IMG/VR virus record: IMGVR_UViG_3300046786_000447
Source of the DNA: an uncultured virus (IMG/VR IMGVR_UViG_3300046786_000447)
Lineage: Duplodnaviria; Heunggongvirae; Uroviricota; Caudoviricetes
Length of the DNA: 55,716 nt
Reading direction: 5' to 3' (one strand)
The notes under the pieces were generated by a model that worked only from the letters and a program-made list of their open reading frames with translations, was not told where the DNA came from and did not search any database. Each line of letters begins with the position of its first letter. Positions within the stretch are counted from its first letter, which is position 1. A program made the position numbers and the translations under genes. Shown here in pieces: positions 1-8,894 of this stretch.

Positions 1-1549
1 TTGCACGTAGGTAGAACTTTCCTCCAGGCCCCCAGTGAACTCCAGGAGTTGCACCAGAAAGAATTGATACAGAGCCAGATGGCTTAACAGTTGTTACACG
101 AATTGATTCACGAACACATAGCCATTCTGAGTACTGCTTGTCGTAGAAACGAATCTTATTGTACCCTTCGTCCATCCACTCACGAACAGTTGGCAAGCCA
201 TGGTCATCAGCGAACGAAGCGATGCCAGTTAGAGAAGTACCAATACGGCGGTTTCTCTGCATAATGCCGTTTGTCTGCTGCCAGTGTGTTGGAAGAAGAG
301 TAACAGTTTTGCCATACAAGTATGCAAACTTTAGAGTGCGTAGGAAGTCTTCCTTTGACTCGTGGCGGTTTAGGTGTACCTCAACTAGGGTACATAGCTC
401 GTAGGACTCCAGAGGCTGTTCTGCACATGGATTAAAGCCCATTACACGATAGTCCTTGCCATCTGCTGGATCAGCCAAACGACCATAGTTACGTGCAACA
501 TCAAGCCAAATAAATCCTGGCTCTCCATTGTCTGCAATGCGGTCTACATACTTTGAGTAGTCCATACCAACAGTTGCTGAGATGGAATTGTTTGACATCC
601 AAGCCCATCCTGGATTCTCTGGGTCATATGAGTTACGCTCTGGGAATGCCTCTGCATTCTTTAGGTTTAGGAAGTCCTCATCTCCATCAACACCAAGTGC
701 AAGGGTAGCAGAACGTCTTACGTTACCTGCAACAACACATGTACCAATAAGGTTAATGATATCAACAATAGCTCGTGAGTCTAGTGTCTCTCCAGCTCTT
801 GACCCAACTGCCTTGCGAACTCTTTCATGTAGGTCCATAAGTGGCTTAGGTCCTGAAGCAGTTCCTCCAAAGCCCTTGATAGGTGCACCCTCTGGTCTAA
901 TCAATGAGTAGTCAAACTGCTGAATATTCTGGTTTGGACGCAAGAATGAATTGATCAAAAGTCTTACTGACTCTACCCAACCCTCACGAGTGTCTGGGAT
1001 TTCGTAAGTCACTGTAGGCTCTGTAGGGGCATAGATTGGGAAATTCTTATCCTGTCCTAGTGTATCAAAGCCAACGCCAATACCAAGCATTAGGGCATCC
1101 ATTACCCAAGCAAACAGTGCTCCTGGATCATTCTTGTCCAAGTCCTTTGTAGATACAACTGCACAGTTCTGAAGGGCAGCTGAGTTACGCTTCTCCATAG
1201 TTAGAGGTGTTCCAAAAGACCATAGGCCACGTCCTGGTGGTGTCCACTTAAGGTTAAACATTCTATCGAATGCTTCTTGTGCAGACTTCTGTGCCTTGTA
1301 GTCATTCCATGGTAGACGGTTTTCCTTAGCGTGATTCTTCTGAACTGAGTACATACCCTCAATTACACGGCGACATACTTCGTGCCAACGCTCTTTGGTT
1401 CCGTCTTCCTTTACTCTTGAATATGTTCTAATAAAGGTAATCTCTCCAAGTGAGTTTGAACCTACGTCCTTAAATCCGAATGGTGATTCTGCTAAAGAAT
1501 ATTTATCAATAAACTCATCTGTGAGTTTGAATGAAAAGAAATCTGACAT
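1..1549 (-). CDS. nrdJ: Class II (adenosylcobalamin-dependent) ribonucleotide reductase, 3' end runs off the window
   Basis: Read manually (absent from ORF track): MSDFFSFKLTDEF...ITFIRTYSR...WTPPGRGLW...ALQNC...LMLGIGVGFD...GFNPCAEQPLESYELCTLVE; NPCxE active-site motif; AGGAG RBS upstream. Confidence 0.92.
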   Translation of the reverse strand, partial: MSDFFSFKLTDEFIDKYSLAESPFGFKDVGSNSLGEITFIRTYSRVKEDGTKERWHEVCRRVIEGMYSVQKNHAKENRLPWNDYKAQKSAQEAFDRMFNLKWTPPGRGLWSFGTPLTMEKRNSAALQNCAVVSTKDLDKNDPGALFAWVMDALMLGIGVGFDTLGQDKNFPIYAPTEPTVTYEIPDTREGWVESVRLLINSFLRPNQNIQQFDYSLIRPEGAPIKGFGGTASGPKPLMDLHERVRKAVGSRAGETLDSRAIVDIINLIGTCVVAGNVRRSATLALGVDGDEDFLNLKNAEAFPERNSYDPENPGWAWMSNNSISATVGMDYSKYVDRIADNGEPGFIWLDVARNYGRLADPADGKDYRVMGFNPCAEQPLESYELCTLVEVHLNRHESKEDFLRTLKFAYLYGKTVTLLPTHWQQTNGIMQRNRRIGTSLTGIASFADDHGLPTVREWMDEGYNKIRFYDKQYSEWLCVRESIRVTTVKPSGSVSILSGATPGVHWGPGGKFYLRA

Positions 1550-1580
1550 TTTGTACGCTCCTAAAATAATGTAGAAGTTA

Positions 1581-1610
1581 ATTATAGCATAGTGTTTTTG
1601 TTTTTGTAAA
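1581..1610 (-). promoter_or_regulatory. SigA/sigma70-type promoter for nrdJ
   Basis: Minus strand TTTACA-N18-TATAAT with TGn extension (TGCTATAAT) in the intergenic region. Confidence 0.7.
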
Positions 1611-1660
1611 ACTCTCCTTCAAGTAATGCTTTAGAGTTTTTAAAATAACAAAACGGTAAC

Positions 1661-1687
1661 AAAAAAGGGACCAGTTTCCTGGTCCCC
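1661..1687 (-). terminator. Rho-independent terminator after the 332-aa gene
   Basis: Minus strand GGGACCAG-GAAA-CTGGTCCC followed by TTTTTT. Confidence 0.85.
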
Positions 1688-1704
1688 TTAGTGTTAAGTA
1701 TTAA

Positions 1705-2703
1705 TTACTTAAGTGTTGCAACCTTAGCCTTTGGAAACTTCTTATTCCAATTTGCAGCAAGTGCATTGTATTTTGCCTTTGCAGACGCAGTGTTCTTAGC
1801 CTCAGCAATAGCCTTTGCCTTCTCAAGCTCAAGCTCTGCCTTTACCTTTGCAAGTTCTGCCTTAGTTGCATCGTGTGCAACCTTTTCTGCAGCAAGTTCT
1901 GCAGTCTTAGCAGTTACTTCTGATGCAAGGTCACGAACTGTAACGTCTAGAATCTTCTGTCCTGCTGGAGCATTAAGTCCAGTAACAGCAGATGCTACAG
2001 TTGCAGTTGCAAGCAAGCGTACAGTTCCTGAAGCAGGAAGAGTAATGTCCTTAGTCTTTGAACCAAGAGTTGCTGTTGCAGTGTCTGTAGTTAGAGCGAA
2101 TGTCTCGTTTGTAGTGCTTGTAGTAACCTGAAGGTTAATGGTTGCACCACCCTTAGCATTACCGAATACATCCACACCACGAACGGTTGCAGTGTATACA
2201 GTACCAGCAGCACCAGTTGCAGATCCAGCAAGTTCAATTGCGTTCAATGCACCAGCAGTACCCTGGAAGTAATATGTAGTTGTGTTTCCACCAACAGTTA
2301 CTGCAACAGAACCAACTGCTGTAGTTGTAGTGAATACAAAAAGGTCAGCAGATGTACCAGTACCAGTTGAAACTGATACAGATGATGAACCTGCAGAAGC
2401 AGTTACTGGAGCACCTGCAGCAGCAAGTGCAGTAACGATCTTACCGTTAGTTGCGACAGCAGAAACAGTAGTTCCAGTGTCAAGGCCTGTTAGGGCAATC
2501 TTTAGTGCGTCTGTAGCGTCTACAGAGTTATCTGCAGGAACTGGTAGAGCGACTGGTGCTGAAATAGCAGTACCGCCAGTAGCAGCAGAACCGCCAACTG
2601 TTAGAGCAGTAGATACTGCAGCACTTGCAGGTGTTGCGATTACTGATGTTGCAAGGGCAGTAGCTGCAACCACTGCGAATGCGATCTTCTTAATTGAAGT
2701 CAT
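1705..2703 (-). CDS. Secreted Ala/Thr-rich surface protein (Ig-like/S-layer-like) with C-terminal coiled coil
   Basis: Sec signal MTSIKKIAFAVVAATALATSVIATPASA; beta-rich A/T/V/G body; basic helical tail AKAKYNALAANWNKKFPKAKV; AAGGAG RBS. Confidence 0.7.
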   Translation of the reverse strand: MTSIKKIAFAVVAATALATSVIATPASAAVSTALTVGGSAATGGTAISAPVALPVPADNSVDATDALKIALTGLDTGTTVSAVATNGKIVTALAAAGAPVTASAGSSSVSVSTGTGTSADLFVFTTTTAVGSVAVTVGGNTTTYYFQGTAGALNAIELAGSATGAAGTVYTATVRGVDVFGNAKGGATINLQVTTSTTNETFALTTDTATATLGSKTKDITLPASGTVRLLATATVASAVTGLNAPAGQKILDVTVRDLASEVTAKTAELAAEKVAHDATKAELAKVKAELELEKAKAIAEAKNTASAKAKYNALAANWNKKFPKAKVATLK

Positions 2704-2725
2704 ATATATATTCTCCTTATATCGT

Positions 2726-4504
2726 TTATATTAGTTTTAATCTATCCAAGTAGTCTTTAACTTCTTTTGGCATAGGTTTATATTGTAGCACAGGTTCCTT
2801 AGCCTTGTCAAGCTCAGTCTTGGGCCTATCTCTGAATGTATGAATCTCTACTTCAAGGTTTAGATCCCTTGGAGTGTGACTTATAGCACCAAAAATGGAA
2901 CCACACACAGCGTCAGCCAAGTCTTTTGAGAGTTTTCGTGGGTGGTCTACATTCTTACCATTCTTAGTAATCTTTAGCTCTGTGAGTTCTTCGAACAAAA
3001 GTTCGATTGCTGGCATAGCCAATCTATCCTCATAGATGAGCATAGCCATGTCCTCATAGTGCTTTTTACCTACAGAGACAGTTTCTGTTCTCATGCCCAC
3101 CTCTGTAAGTTCCTTCTGAATATCAAAAGACTGCCATCTGTCAAACGACACCATTCCGATATTAAAGCCTAGTCTTCTTAGGTTCTGAATCCATTGCTTA
3201 ACTTCTGATAAGTCTACAGGACCTTCAATCTTTGGCTCCCACCAAGCAACTGCATCTACAACAACAATTGGAGATACTTGCTGGTAATCTTTAATCACCT
3301 GAACATTTACCCATTTATCTACGTGGGCAATTGCAACAGCACACTTGTCATGTCTCTGTGCAAGGTCAGCATGAACATAATAAATCTTGTCTGGGTCTGG
3401 CTGGAAGGCTGGCTCAAATCTTCTAAATTGATCAAGAGGATTTCTGATGCTCATTGAGCTTCTTACCTTATCACGCTGTCTAAAGAATGCATCTGTCATG
3501 TATGTAGGTACACATGCAAAACGCTGCATTGCATCTCCCATGTCAGTAAAGAATGAAGTTTTAAAATCATCAATCTTACGTGTTGGATTTACTACCCATG
3601 TAGGTCTCTTTAGTGCAAACACTCCTGGATATTTATATGATACAACCTCATCCTCATCCCACTCAATTTCTAGTGAGTTGCCTTCGGCATCTGCAGGAAG
3701 ATCTTCATTCATAATAAACTTATGTGTCTTGTGGATAACATTCTTATCTGCAATAACATCATCATATCTCTGGGAGATAAAGTCCCCAGGAAAACGAGGA
3801 AAAGATAGCAGTGCTACCTTGCCAAGGTCAGGGAAGCGAGAATCTACAGAAGCTCGGAAAGCTTTGTAGATATTATCTGCAGTCTTGCCCTGTTCGTTAC
3901 CAGTTCCAACTTCTGTAGCAAAACCAGAGATCTCATCAAGCACTGCAAGGATAAGGTTAAGACCCTCATGTGACTCTCGTTCGGAGTGACCTGAGTAAAC
4001 TGTGATGGAGTGATCAAATTCGATAGACTCTGCCTTTGCATTAAACTTTCCTGCAAACCATGGCGACTTTTCAATCTTTGTTTTAAATCCTTTAAAGAAG
4101 ACGTTCTTTGCTTGCTGTGCGTTAATAGCAACGTTAATGATATCAATGGCATCACCACTTGGTTTTCCAAAATACCTTGCAGGATCCTTAAGACATAAAA
4201 GTTTATATACAATGTACGCACACGCAACCGTTGAAGTAAAGTCCTTACCAGATCCTTTACCAAGCTGAAGAATGACCTCATTCTTTGTATACTTTTTATA
4301 ATAGCGTCTTCCTTCTTCTTCTCCCAGAAGATCAATCACATCTTCTAGTTTATAAATTTGTGACATCGCTTCTACGATATCATATTGTATCTGAGATAGT
4401 GGTGGCTGATTGAGATAGTCCTCACCCTCTACAAACTCACGGGCATTGACTGGTCTTTCAGCAAAATTGTCAGACTTGAGTGCATCTAAAAAATCATCAA
4501 ACAT
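2726..4504 (-). CDS. terL: Terminase large subunit
   Basis: Walker A LGKGSGKD, Walker B AVLDE, nuclease motifs HADLA, FDRWQS and DHP...KDLADA. Confidence 0.9.
   Translation of the reverse strand: MFDDFLDALKSDNFAERPVNAREFVEGEDYLNQPPLSQIQYDIVEAMSQIYKLEDVIDLLGEEEGRRYYKKYTKNEVILQLGKGSGKDFTSTVACAYIVYKLLCLKDPARYFGKPSGDAIDIINVAINAQQAKNVFFKGFKTKIEKSPWFAGKFNAKAESIEFDHSITVYSGHSERESHEGLNLILAVLDEISGFATEVGTGNEQGKTADNIYKAFRASVDSRFPDLGKVALLSFPRFPGDFISQRYDDVIADKNVIHKTHKFIMNEDLPADAEGNSLEIEWDEDEVVSYKYPGVFALKRPTWVVNPTRKIDDFKTSFFTDMGDAMQRFACVPTYMTDAFFRQRDKVRSSMSIRNPLDQFRRFEPAFQPDPDKIYYVHADLAQRHDKCAVAIAHVDKWVNVQVIKDYQQVSPIVVVDAVAWWEPKIEGPVDLSEVKQWIQNLRRLGFNIGMVSFDRWQSFDIQKELTEVGMRTETVSVGKKHYEDMAMLIYEDRLAMPAIELLFEELTELKITKNGKNVDHPRKLSKDLADAVCGSIFGAISHTPRDLNLEVEIHTFRDRPKTELDKAKEPVLQYKPMPKEVKDYLDRLKLI
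2782..2811 (-). promoter_or_regulatory. Near-consensus SigA promoter inside the terminase 3' end, pointing at the secreted-protein gene
   Basis: Minus strand TTGACA-N18-TACAAT with TGn extension (TGCTACAAT). Confidence 0.7.
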
Positions 4505-5027
4505 TATTATTCACAATCACAATTGTTTCTTGATTCTTGCTTAGTCTAGAAAGTCTACGCATAATCTCATCACGAATCTCAGGGTACTCTGATGCAATAT
4601 CCTTTAGGATTTGGATGAGTGCTTCTTGTCTTTCTTCAATCTCAATCATTTCTTCTGCAAGTTCTTTGTTCTCTAGGAGTCCTGCCTTCTGTAGCATCTC
4701 AATACGAGTCTTCTCTAGGTCCATGACAAGCTTAATACCCTGGGTCTTTGCAGCAAGATTGGCAGTTGTTGTTGCCTCATCAATTACCTCATAGGCCTTT
4801 GATATAAGCTTGCTATAGTGTGTGTCTGCACCAACCAATGCTTCCTTAGCACGTGCACGGATTGCAGCGTTATCTGTTGCCATCTGTCGCCACTCGCTAA
4901 TATAGCTGACAACAGTTTGTCTTGGAATTGCCAGTTCCTTAGAAATTTGTGTTGGATCGCTGCCAGAAAGGTACTTCTCTACAACCTTATTAACATTATC
5001 TAAATGCTCTACTAGTTTATCTTCCAT
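4497..5027 (-). CDS. HTH protein, probable terminase small subunit
   Basis: N-terminal HTH (PTQISKELAIPRQTVVSYI), helical body, overlaps the terL start. Confidence 0.55.
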   Translation of the reverse strand: MEDKLVEHLDNVNKVVEKYLSGSDPTQISKELAIPRQTVVSYISEWRQMATDNAAIRARAKEALVGADTHYSKLISKAYEVIDEATTTANLAAKTQGIKLVMDLEKTRIEMLQKAGLLENKELAEEMIEIEERQEALIQILKDIASEYPEIRDEIMRRLSRLSKNQETIVIVNNNV

Positions 5028-5757
5028 ATTTAAAAGCCGTTCTCATTCTTTCTTCATTCTTCAGGACGAGATCTGGATTTGCTTTTTGCTCTTCTGTTAG
5101 TGCAAAACGTGCTCTAGTTGGCATATCCAAGTTATCTTCATTCTCTATATAATAGAATACAGCAATACTCTCTCTATTTTCCCCATTTGGTGCAGCAATC
5201 ATTTCAGGTAGTCCATGCCAGAAATCTCCATCAGTTTGGAAGATTACTGCCCTATTAAATACTGGACTTATGGACACAATCTTTTCCCCTGGCTCTCCAT
5301 CTTTGTCATCCCAGAAATCTAAACTACCTCCCCAAGATTCTTCCCAATTCTTGTTTAGGTATACTATTAGATTTAGTTTTCTAACTAATCCCAGCTTGGG
5401 ATGTAGCTTTGCATCTTGGTGTAGGTTCAGTCTTCCATTACTTGCATGTAGATGCATACCACCTGCATGTAGGCCATAATCTGCAACTAGTTTGCGAATA
5501 CCAGTTAGGTCCTCAAGGGTACTTACAAAATCATTAGATACTAGCTCAAAGAATGTTCTATAGAAGGCACCAGGATACCAGTCCCAGTGAGTAGACAAAA
5601 GCTTTTCCTCAAACTCAGAATTGTTGCGAGTCAGCCATCTCTCATCTTCATATGTGTAAAATTGATCAGAAAGTTCTTCTGCCAATGCAGGGTCAAAGAA
5701 GTTATCAATTACCCAAATGTTTGTTGGGTAGTTAATGTGTTCAATCTTTAGGGACAC
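5017..5757 (-). CDS. 2OG-Fe(II) oxygenase (prolyl-hydroxylase-like)
   Basis: LNLHQD (HxD)...RKLNLIVYLN...WGGSL...FNRAVIF...WHG...RESIAVFYY. Confidence 0.88.
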   Translation of the reverse strand: MSLKIEHINYPTNIWVIDNFFDPALAEELSDQFYTYEDERWLTRNNSEFEEKLLSTHWDWYPGAFYRTFFELVSNDFVSTLEDLTGIRKLVADYGLHAGGMHLHASNGRLNLHQDAKLHPKLGLVRKLNLIVYLNKNWEESWGGSLDFWDDKDGEPGEKIVSISPVFNRAVIFQTDGDFWHGLPEMIAAPNGENRESIAVFYYIENEDNLDMPTRARFALTEEQKANPDLVLKNEERMRTAFKYGR

Positions 5758-6034
5758 TTCTGCGACCTCTTTTACCTTTCTGCGGAATACGCTTGACTCT
5801 ATCTACCTGGAAAGATCTGTAGCTATGGCTTTGGCCACGATATAGCTCAAAGCAATCTACCCAGACGGATCCAGTTTCAATGTTTGTGACTACAGAATCA
5901 AATTTAAATTTGAGACCGTATTCTCCACTTATCTTAATTATATCACCACGGACGATTTCAAAGCCATCCACGTGGACTGTGTCTGATCTAACAAACTTAG
6001 TCTCTACAAGCTTTACAGAGATTTTCTTTGCCAT
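5741..6034 (-). CDS. Hypothetical protein (small beta-rich, SH3-like appearance)
   Basis: 97-aa ORF overlapping both neighbours. Confidence 0.65.
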   Translation of the reverse strand: MAKKISVKLVETKFVRSDTVHVDGFEIVRGDIIKISGEYGLKFKFDSVVTNIETGSVWVDCFELYRGQSHSYRSFQVDRVKRIPQKGKRGRRSVPKD

Positions 6035-6270
6035 TAAGCATCGCCCTTAAGCCTCTTGATTTCATCCTGAATGTAAAAGATTGCCTTCTCAAGGTCTTGA
6101 ATAGTCTTGGTCTCATCCTTAAGCCCTGCTCTCCACAAGTACTTAAACGCATTTCCAATATTAAAGTTTCTATGTCTAGTGATCTGAATACACTCTACGC
6201 CACTAGGGTCGGATGTGTAGTGCGGTGGATGATTAACCTGGTCTACAGTAATTTTAAGATCATTAGTCAT
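6034..6270 (-). CDS. DUF3310 / T7 gp1.7-like nucleotide kinase family protein
   Basis: DQVNHPPHY...VECI...GNAFKYLWRAGLK...DLEKAIFYI; start reassigned to MTNDLK at 6270. Confidence 0.82.
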   Translation of the reverse strand: MTNDLKITVDQVNHPPHYTSDPSGVECIQITRHRNFNIGNAFKYLWRAGLKDETKTIQDLEKAIFYIQDEIKRLKGDA

Positions 6271-6775
6271 TTGGGAACCTATTCTCTTCGTTAGCAGTAA
6301 ATACAAGTCCAATGGTATCTCCTGGAGATAGCATAACCTGGTCAGCACCAGTCTCTGCCCACTTCCAACCAGTAGCAAAGTCAAGTGGGACATTTACATT
6401 CTTATATGGCTTTACAAATACAGCCCAGTAGCCAAAGGCTGGTGGCATGTCAGCACATGTCTCTACATACGTTTCATGACCTTCAATATTAATTGGTAGG
6501 TCTGCAGCAGGCTTGCCATCTACACGGCAAATGACAGCATTTCCATACTTAGCGGTTCCTTCAATATCAATGCCTGCGTAGTTGAATACATCGATTGCAG
6601 ACATCTCTCTGTTGGCTGAAACACATTTGGTTGCCTTGGCATCATTATCCAAAACACCATAATCAATATAAACATGCACACAGCTATCTGGTGCAATCGC
6701 TGGTGCAGCAACCCACAGCCCACCAGCAACAAGTGCTGCAACTACAGCAATCTTAGCAATAATACTTTTCTTCAT
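6263..6775 (-). CDS. Secreted protein with DUF4430/SCO2322-like (transcobalamin C-terminal-like) domain
   Basis: Signal peptide; VICRVDGKP...CADMPPAFGYWAVFVK...WKWAETGADQVMLSPGDTIGLVF. Confidence 0.6.
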   Translation of the reverse strand: MKKSIIAKIAVVAALVAGGLWVAAPAIAPDSCVHVYIDYGVLDNDAKATKCVSANREMSAIDVFNYAGIDIEGTAKYGNAVICRVDGKPAADLPINIEGHETYVETCADMPPAFGYWAVFVKPYKNVNVPLDFATGWKWAETGADQVMLSPGDTIGLVFTANEENRFPND

Positions 6776-6924
6776 CTTCTTGATTTCCTTAATCCAAACT
6801 TAGCCAAATAAACATAGATAGTCTCTACGCTGACACCACACTCTCTTGCAATGTCTTCTGGAGACTTTCTATCTATGTGGAATCGTTTCCTCAACCACAT
6901 CTCATTAGTATACAGCTTTGCCAT
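6772..6924 (-). CDS. Small HTH DNA-binding protein (50 aa, not in ORF track)
   Basis: Manual translation MAKLYTNEMWLRKRFHIDRKSPEDIARECGVSVETIYVYLAKFGLRKSRR; TAATG and ATGA couplings with neighbours. Confidence 0.8.
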   Translation of the reverse strand: MAKLYTNEMWLRKRFHIDRKSPEDIARECGVSVETIYVYLAKFGLRKSRR

Positions 6925-6935
6925 TATTTTGTCAA
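6907..6935 (-). promoter_or_regulatory. Near-consensus SigA promoter overlapping the HTH gene start
   Basis: Minus strand TTGACA-N17-TATACT. Confidence 0.6.
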
Positions 6936-7502
6936 CTTCTCCCAGTTGTTTATAGCATAATGCCCAATGCCAATAGCATCAGCAACGTCATTATCAGTAA
7001 CCAACCTATCATATTGAATGTTAATATAATTAATAGTTTTTTCTTTTCTGAGATTTCTCTCATAGGTTTTAAACCAAGAATCACTCTTATCTGGGAACTT
7101 TTTCTTAAGCTCAAACTTTTCTTCTTTACTTAGTTTCTTATTTCCAATATAGTTTTGCCATGTTATAGGTGCTACTGATTTAATCTCGTTTGCACCAGAT
7201 ATTCCAGCTGCCCCCAAAATAGCACCCTGAACCAATGCCAGATCAGCAGCAGTTTTTGGACTATTAATAAATACTGTGTGCTCAATGACAATAGCATCTG
7301 GAGCACCATACTCCTGAACAAAAGCTTTTGTCTTTTTACATGCATCAATTACTTTTTTGTAGGTGGTTGCACCAACAAAGTTAATCTTCCCAAAAGCAAC
7401 CAAAGCCTTGCCCTCAAATACACTGAAGGCAAAGCTGTTGGTACTAGCATCAATCGCCCAGATCTTCTGTGGCTGGTTTGTCATCAAGGATAAATTTACC
7501 AT
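6924..7502 (-). CDS. ruvC: RuvC-like Holliday junction resolvase
   Basis: IWAIDAS (D1), IVIE (E), DNDVADAIGIG (DxxD). Confidence 0.82.
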   Translation of the reverse strand: MVNLSLMTNQPQKIWAIDASTNSFAFSVFEGKALVAFGKINFVGATTYKKVIDACKKTKAFVQEYGAPDAIVIEHTVFINSPKTAADLALVQGAILGAAGISGANEIKSVAPITWQNYIGNKKLSKEEKFELKKKFPDKSDSWFKTYERNLRKEKTINYINIQYDRLVTDNDVADAIGIGHYAINNWEKLTK

Positions 7503-7773
7503 TTGCCATCCCCTTTATCTGTCTCAATATCTTGCTAACTTCTTTTGGAACAATTATGCAGCTCTCACAAGTGGGATCATCATTATAGATTGACAAAGGA
7601 GTATCACAAATTTTGCAATTGCGAATCTTTGTCTTTCTTCTCTCACGCCGTGTTTGCTCGTAGCGTAGAGCGATCTTTTCTTTAGTTGCGAGTTCTCTAC
7701 AACCTACAGAACAATAGATCTGGTAGGATGTTGCTGGTGTGAATTGTGCATCACAGTACTGACAGTGTTTCAT
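7450..7773 (-). CDS. Cys-rich zinc-finger protein
   Basis: Start reassigned to MKHCQYC; CxxC, YCSxxC, CKIC, CESC. Confidence 0.7.
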   Translation of the reverse strand: MKHCQYCDAQFTPATSYQIYCSVGCRELATKEKIALRYEQTRRERRKTKIRNCKICDTPLSIYNDDPTCESCIIVPKEVSKILRQIKGMANGKFILDDKPATEDLGD

Positions 7774-8584
7774 CGATTGGCTCCAGAGATTTAATTTTGA
7801 TTTCTCCCTTGCCAGCCTCTGCACATGCTGCCTGAATAGGACATGTCTTACAGATTTTTGAATTTGAACGGTAGTTCTTTTCTGGTAGGGTTCTATCAAC
7901 CCATGCCTTACGAACTACTCTCATCCAATCAAAAGCTTGATTTACCCACGATACCAAGTAACTTCCTGGTGTTACCTCTACAGGCAAAATCAGCAAGTCG
8001 TGGTTGTTCTTATTCTCATATATAAGAACACCCTTAGTCTTTCCTAGAATCTTCATATAGATTAGTAGCTGAACTAGGTGACCCTTTTTAGGCTTACCTG
8101 CTGCTTTTCTATATTCAAATCCTTCACTAGGCATGGTCTTAATTTCACCAACGATTTCCTCGCCTGCCCAGTTTAGCATTGCATCACCATATCCAAAAAT
8201 AGGTGGGTCCTGATTTGTAATCTTAAACTCAGTAGTTCTGTTGCCATCATCGTCAACAAAAGCCTTAGCAAGATTAGAATTAAGCATTGCAGTTTGGATT
8301 CTGTCGTGAGACAAAGTTCCAGCTGTCATGTTTGCCACACCATAAGCATCAGCATTGTCTTCAAATGTTTGACCATCAAATGCTAGATACCAATATCTTG
8401 GGCACTCACCATGCGAGAATGCAATCGTAGATGGTGCAAAAGTTTTCTTTTTCTGAAACTTTGCAACACGTGTAACTGTATATCCTTCATGGATTTTTGC
8501 AATGAATTCGTCAGAGTTAATAAAAGTACTAGCTTTTGCTTCGATCTTTTTTAACATTACCTGACTTAGTAAATTTTTAGCCAT
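7751..8584 (-). CDS. Cas4-like PD-(D/E)XK exonuclease
   Basis: PSTI...ECPRYWY, GDA...GEIKT, QLLIYM, CKTCPIQAAC (Fe-S cysteines). Confidence 0.85.
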   Translation of the reverse strand: MAKNLLSQVMLKKIEAKASTFINSDEFIAKIHEGYTVTRVAKFQKKKTFAPSTIAFSHGECPRYWYLAFDGQTFEDNADAYGVANMTAGTLSHDRIQTAMLNSNLAKAFVDDDGNRTTEFKITNQDPPIFGYGDAMLNWAGEEIVGEIKTMPSEGFEYRKAAGKPKKGHLVQLLIYMKILGKTKGVLIYENKNNHDLLILPVEVTPGSYLVSWVNQAFDWMRVVRKAWVDRTLPEKNYRSNSKICKTCPIQAACAEAGKGEIKIKSLEPIDETLSVL

Positions 8585-8591
8585 AATACCA

Positions 8592-8894
8592 CTAGCGAGT
8601 TATGTACTTAAGTGCAGCAACCAAGTTATTGATTGACTCTGCAGCTGTGAAGTACAAGTTTTTCTTCGCTCTATCTCCCTTATCTACGTTTGCCATCCAG
8701 GTTGCTTTAAAAGACATCTTTGCAGCAATTGCCTGTAGGCGTACTATTTCGATTGTAGCCACATTCAATGGAATATCTGGCTTGACGATTAGCTTTGCAA
8801 TAAATGTCAAAGCTGTTGTTAATTCTTCATCCTGCATGTAGTCTGCAATTTCTGCAAGACCATTAATCATGTCTAGTGTTGTTTCATTATTCAT
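8592..8894 (-). CDS. Hypothetical helical protein
   Basis: Probable start MNNETT overlapping the upstream gene end. Confidence 0.65.
   Translation of the reverse strand: MNNETTLDMINGLAEIADYMQDEELTTALTFIAKLIVKPDIPLNVATIEIVRLQAIAAKMSFKATWMANVDKGDRAKKNLYFTAAESINNLVAALKYITR

Noticed and set aside
1575..1600. NrdR box upstream of nrdJ
   Set aside because: ACACTATGCTATAATT matches only the left half of the NrdR palindrome and is better explained as the extended -10; the gap is also too short for a cobalamin riboswitch
159..2734. Plus-strand ORFs (159-404, 582-911, 1691-2131, 2282-2734) and similar ones throughout
   Set aside because: Antisense to well-supported minus-strand genes; explained by codon bias
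7751..8584. Cas4 as evidence of a CRISPR-Cas system
   Set aside because: Solo Cas4-like nucleases are common in phage recombination modules; no other cas genes or array
8580..8592. TGGTATTAT as an extended -10
   Set aside because: Overlaps the start codon of the Cas4-like gene, so cannot drive it; the similar motif near 11200 is inside a coding region
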